DNA of 61,681 nt, filler included, from Rhabdomonas costata (Eukaryota): assembly GCA_019059605.1 (NCBI GenBank). It is 19 parts of 19 records of this genome, joined end to end, with 100 filler letters (N's around TTAATTAATTAA, not from the genome) between each part and the next. Parts side by side here need not be neighbours in the genome. Positions count along the whole stretch, not along the records: positions 58,543 to 61,681 come from JAHMHO010001299.1; 18 more parts are not named here. The stretch is one strand, 5' to 3'. Below the pieces are notes generated by a model that made no database searches, was not told the DNA's origin, and saw nothing but the letters and a program-made list of their open reading frames with translations. Position 1 is the first letter of the stretch. Every line of letters starts with the position of its first letter. The position numbers were made by a program, and so were the translations under genes. Positions 61,433 to 61,681 of this stretch are shown in pieces.

Positions 61433-61681
61433 GTGTGTGGGTGTGGGTGTGCGGATGCACGCTGGCGGGCGTGTGCGTGTTTGTTATTCTGTTATTCCGG
61501 GGTTTCAGCAGGGATTGCCCTGGGTTTGATCGGTTTGCTTCACCCAAATCGTTCGAAAGGCGGGGCTTTGAGTGGATTGAAGGTCAACGGAACTGCTTGG
61601 CTCAGTTATATCGTGACCCAAGCGCGGCCTGACCCTAATACTAACCCTACCCCGACCCGAACACCGAGCCACAACACAACC

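Noticed and set aside
237-61632. Most ORFs in the supplied six-frame track as standalone genes
   Set aside because: They use non-ATG starts, run through introns or Ns, or are antisense shadows of GC-rich exons.
1-61681. A gene cluster or pathway formed by the neighbouring genes (for example an RNA-processing cluster or HGT island)
   Set aside because: The genes lie on separate contigs concatenated by size, so their adjacency is artificial.
61623-61681. Telomere at the window end (ccctaa-like words)
   Set aside because: Only two or three degenerate units are present, with no true tandem telomeric array.

Overview
This window is not one locus. It is an artificial concatenation of 19 unrelated eukaryotic contigs of about 3.15 kb each, joined by 18 identical 100-nt linkers (44 N + TTAATTAATTAA + 44 N), so adjacency across linkers has no biological meaning. 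The DNA comes from an intron-rich protist; a euglenozoan such as a euglenid is a plausible guess but cannot be proven here. Splicing exons by hand in frame recovers partial genes for Aquarius, a bacterial-type rhodanese, a divergent UAP56-like DEAD-box helicase, MSH6, a proteobacterial type II citrate synthase, a NagZ-like GH3 hexosaminidase, a bacterial-type amidohydrolase, two tandem exostosin-like glycosyltransferases, an IPT/TIG protein, a receptor-type adenylate cyclase, an EHD-like GTPase, a nucleoplasmin-like chaperone, DBP7/DDX31 and a DYRK kinase. The most interesting observations are: (1) a protein fusing a WWE domain to a bacterial-style SIR2-like domain, a candidate ADP-ribose-sensing NAD+ effector; (2) a high rate of GC-AG introns (7 of 50 donors I could place, all phase 0); (3) an in-frame TAG just before the transmembrane helix of an otherwise intact receptor cyclase; (4) several bacterial-type enzymes, most with introns; and (5) a MITE-like element with repeated palindromes in an Aquarius intron. 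All protein identities come from motif recognition by eye, not database searches.
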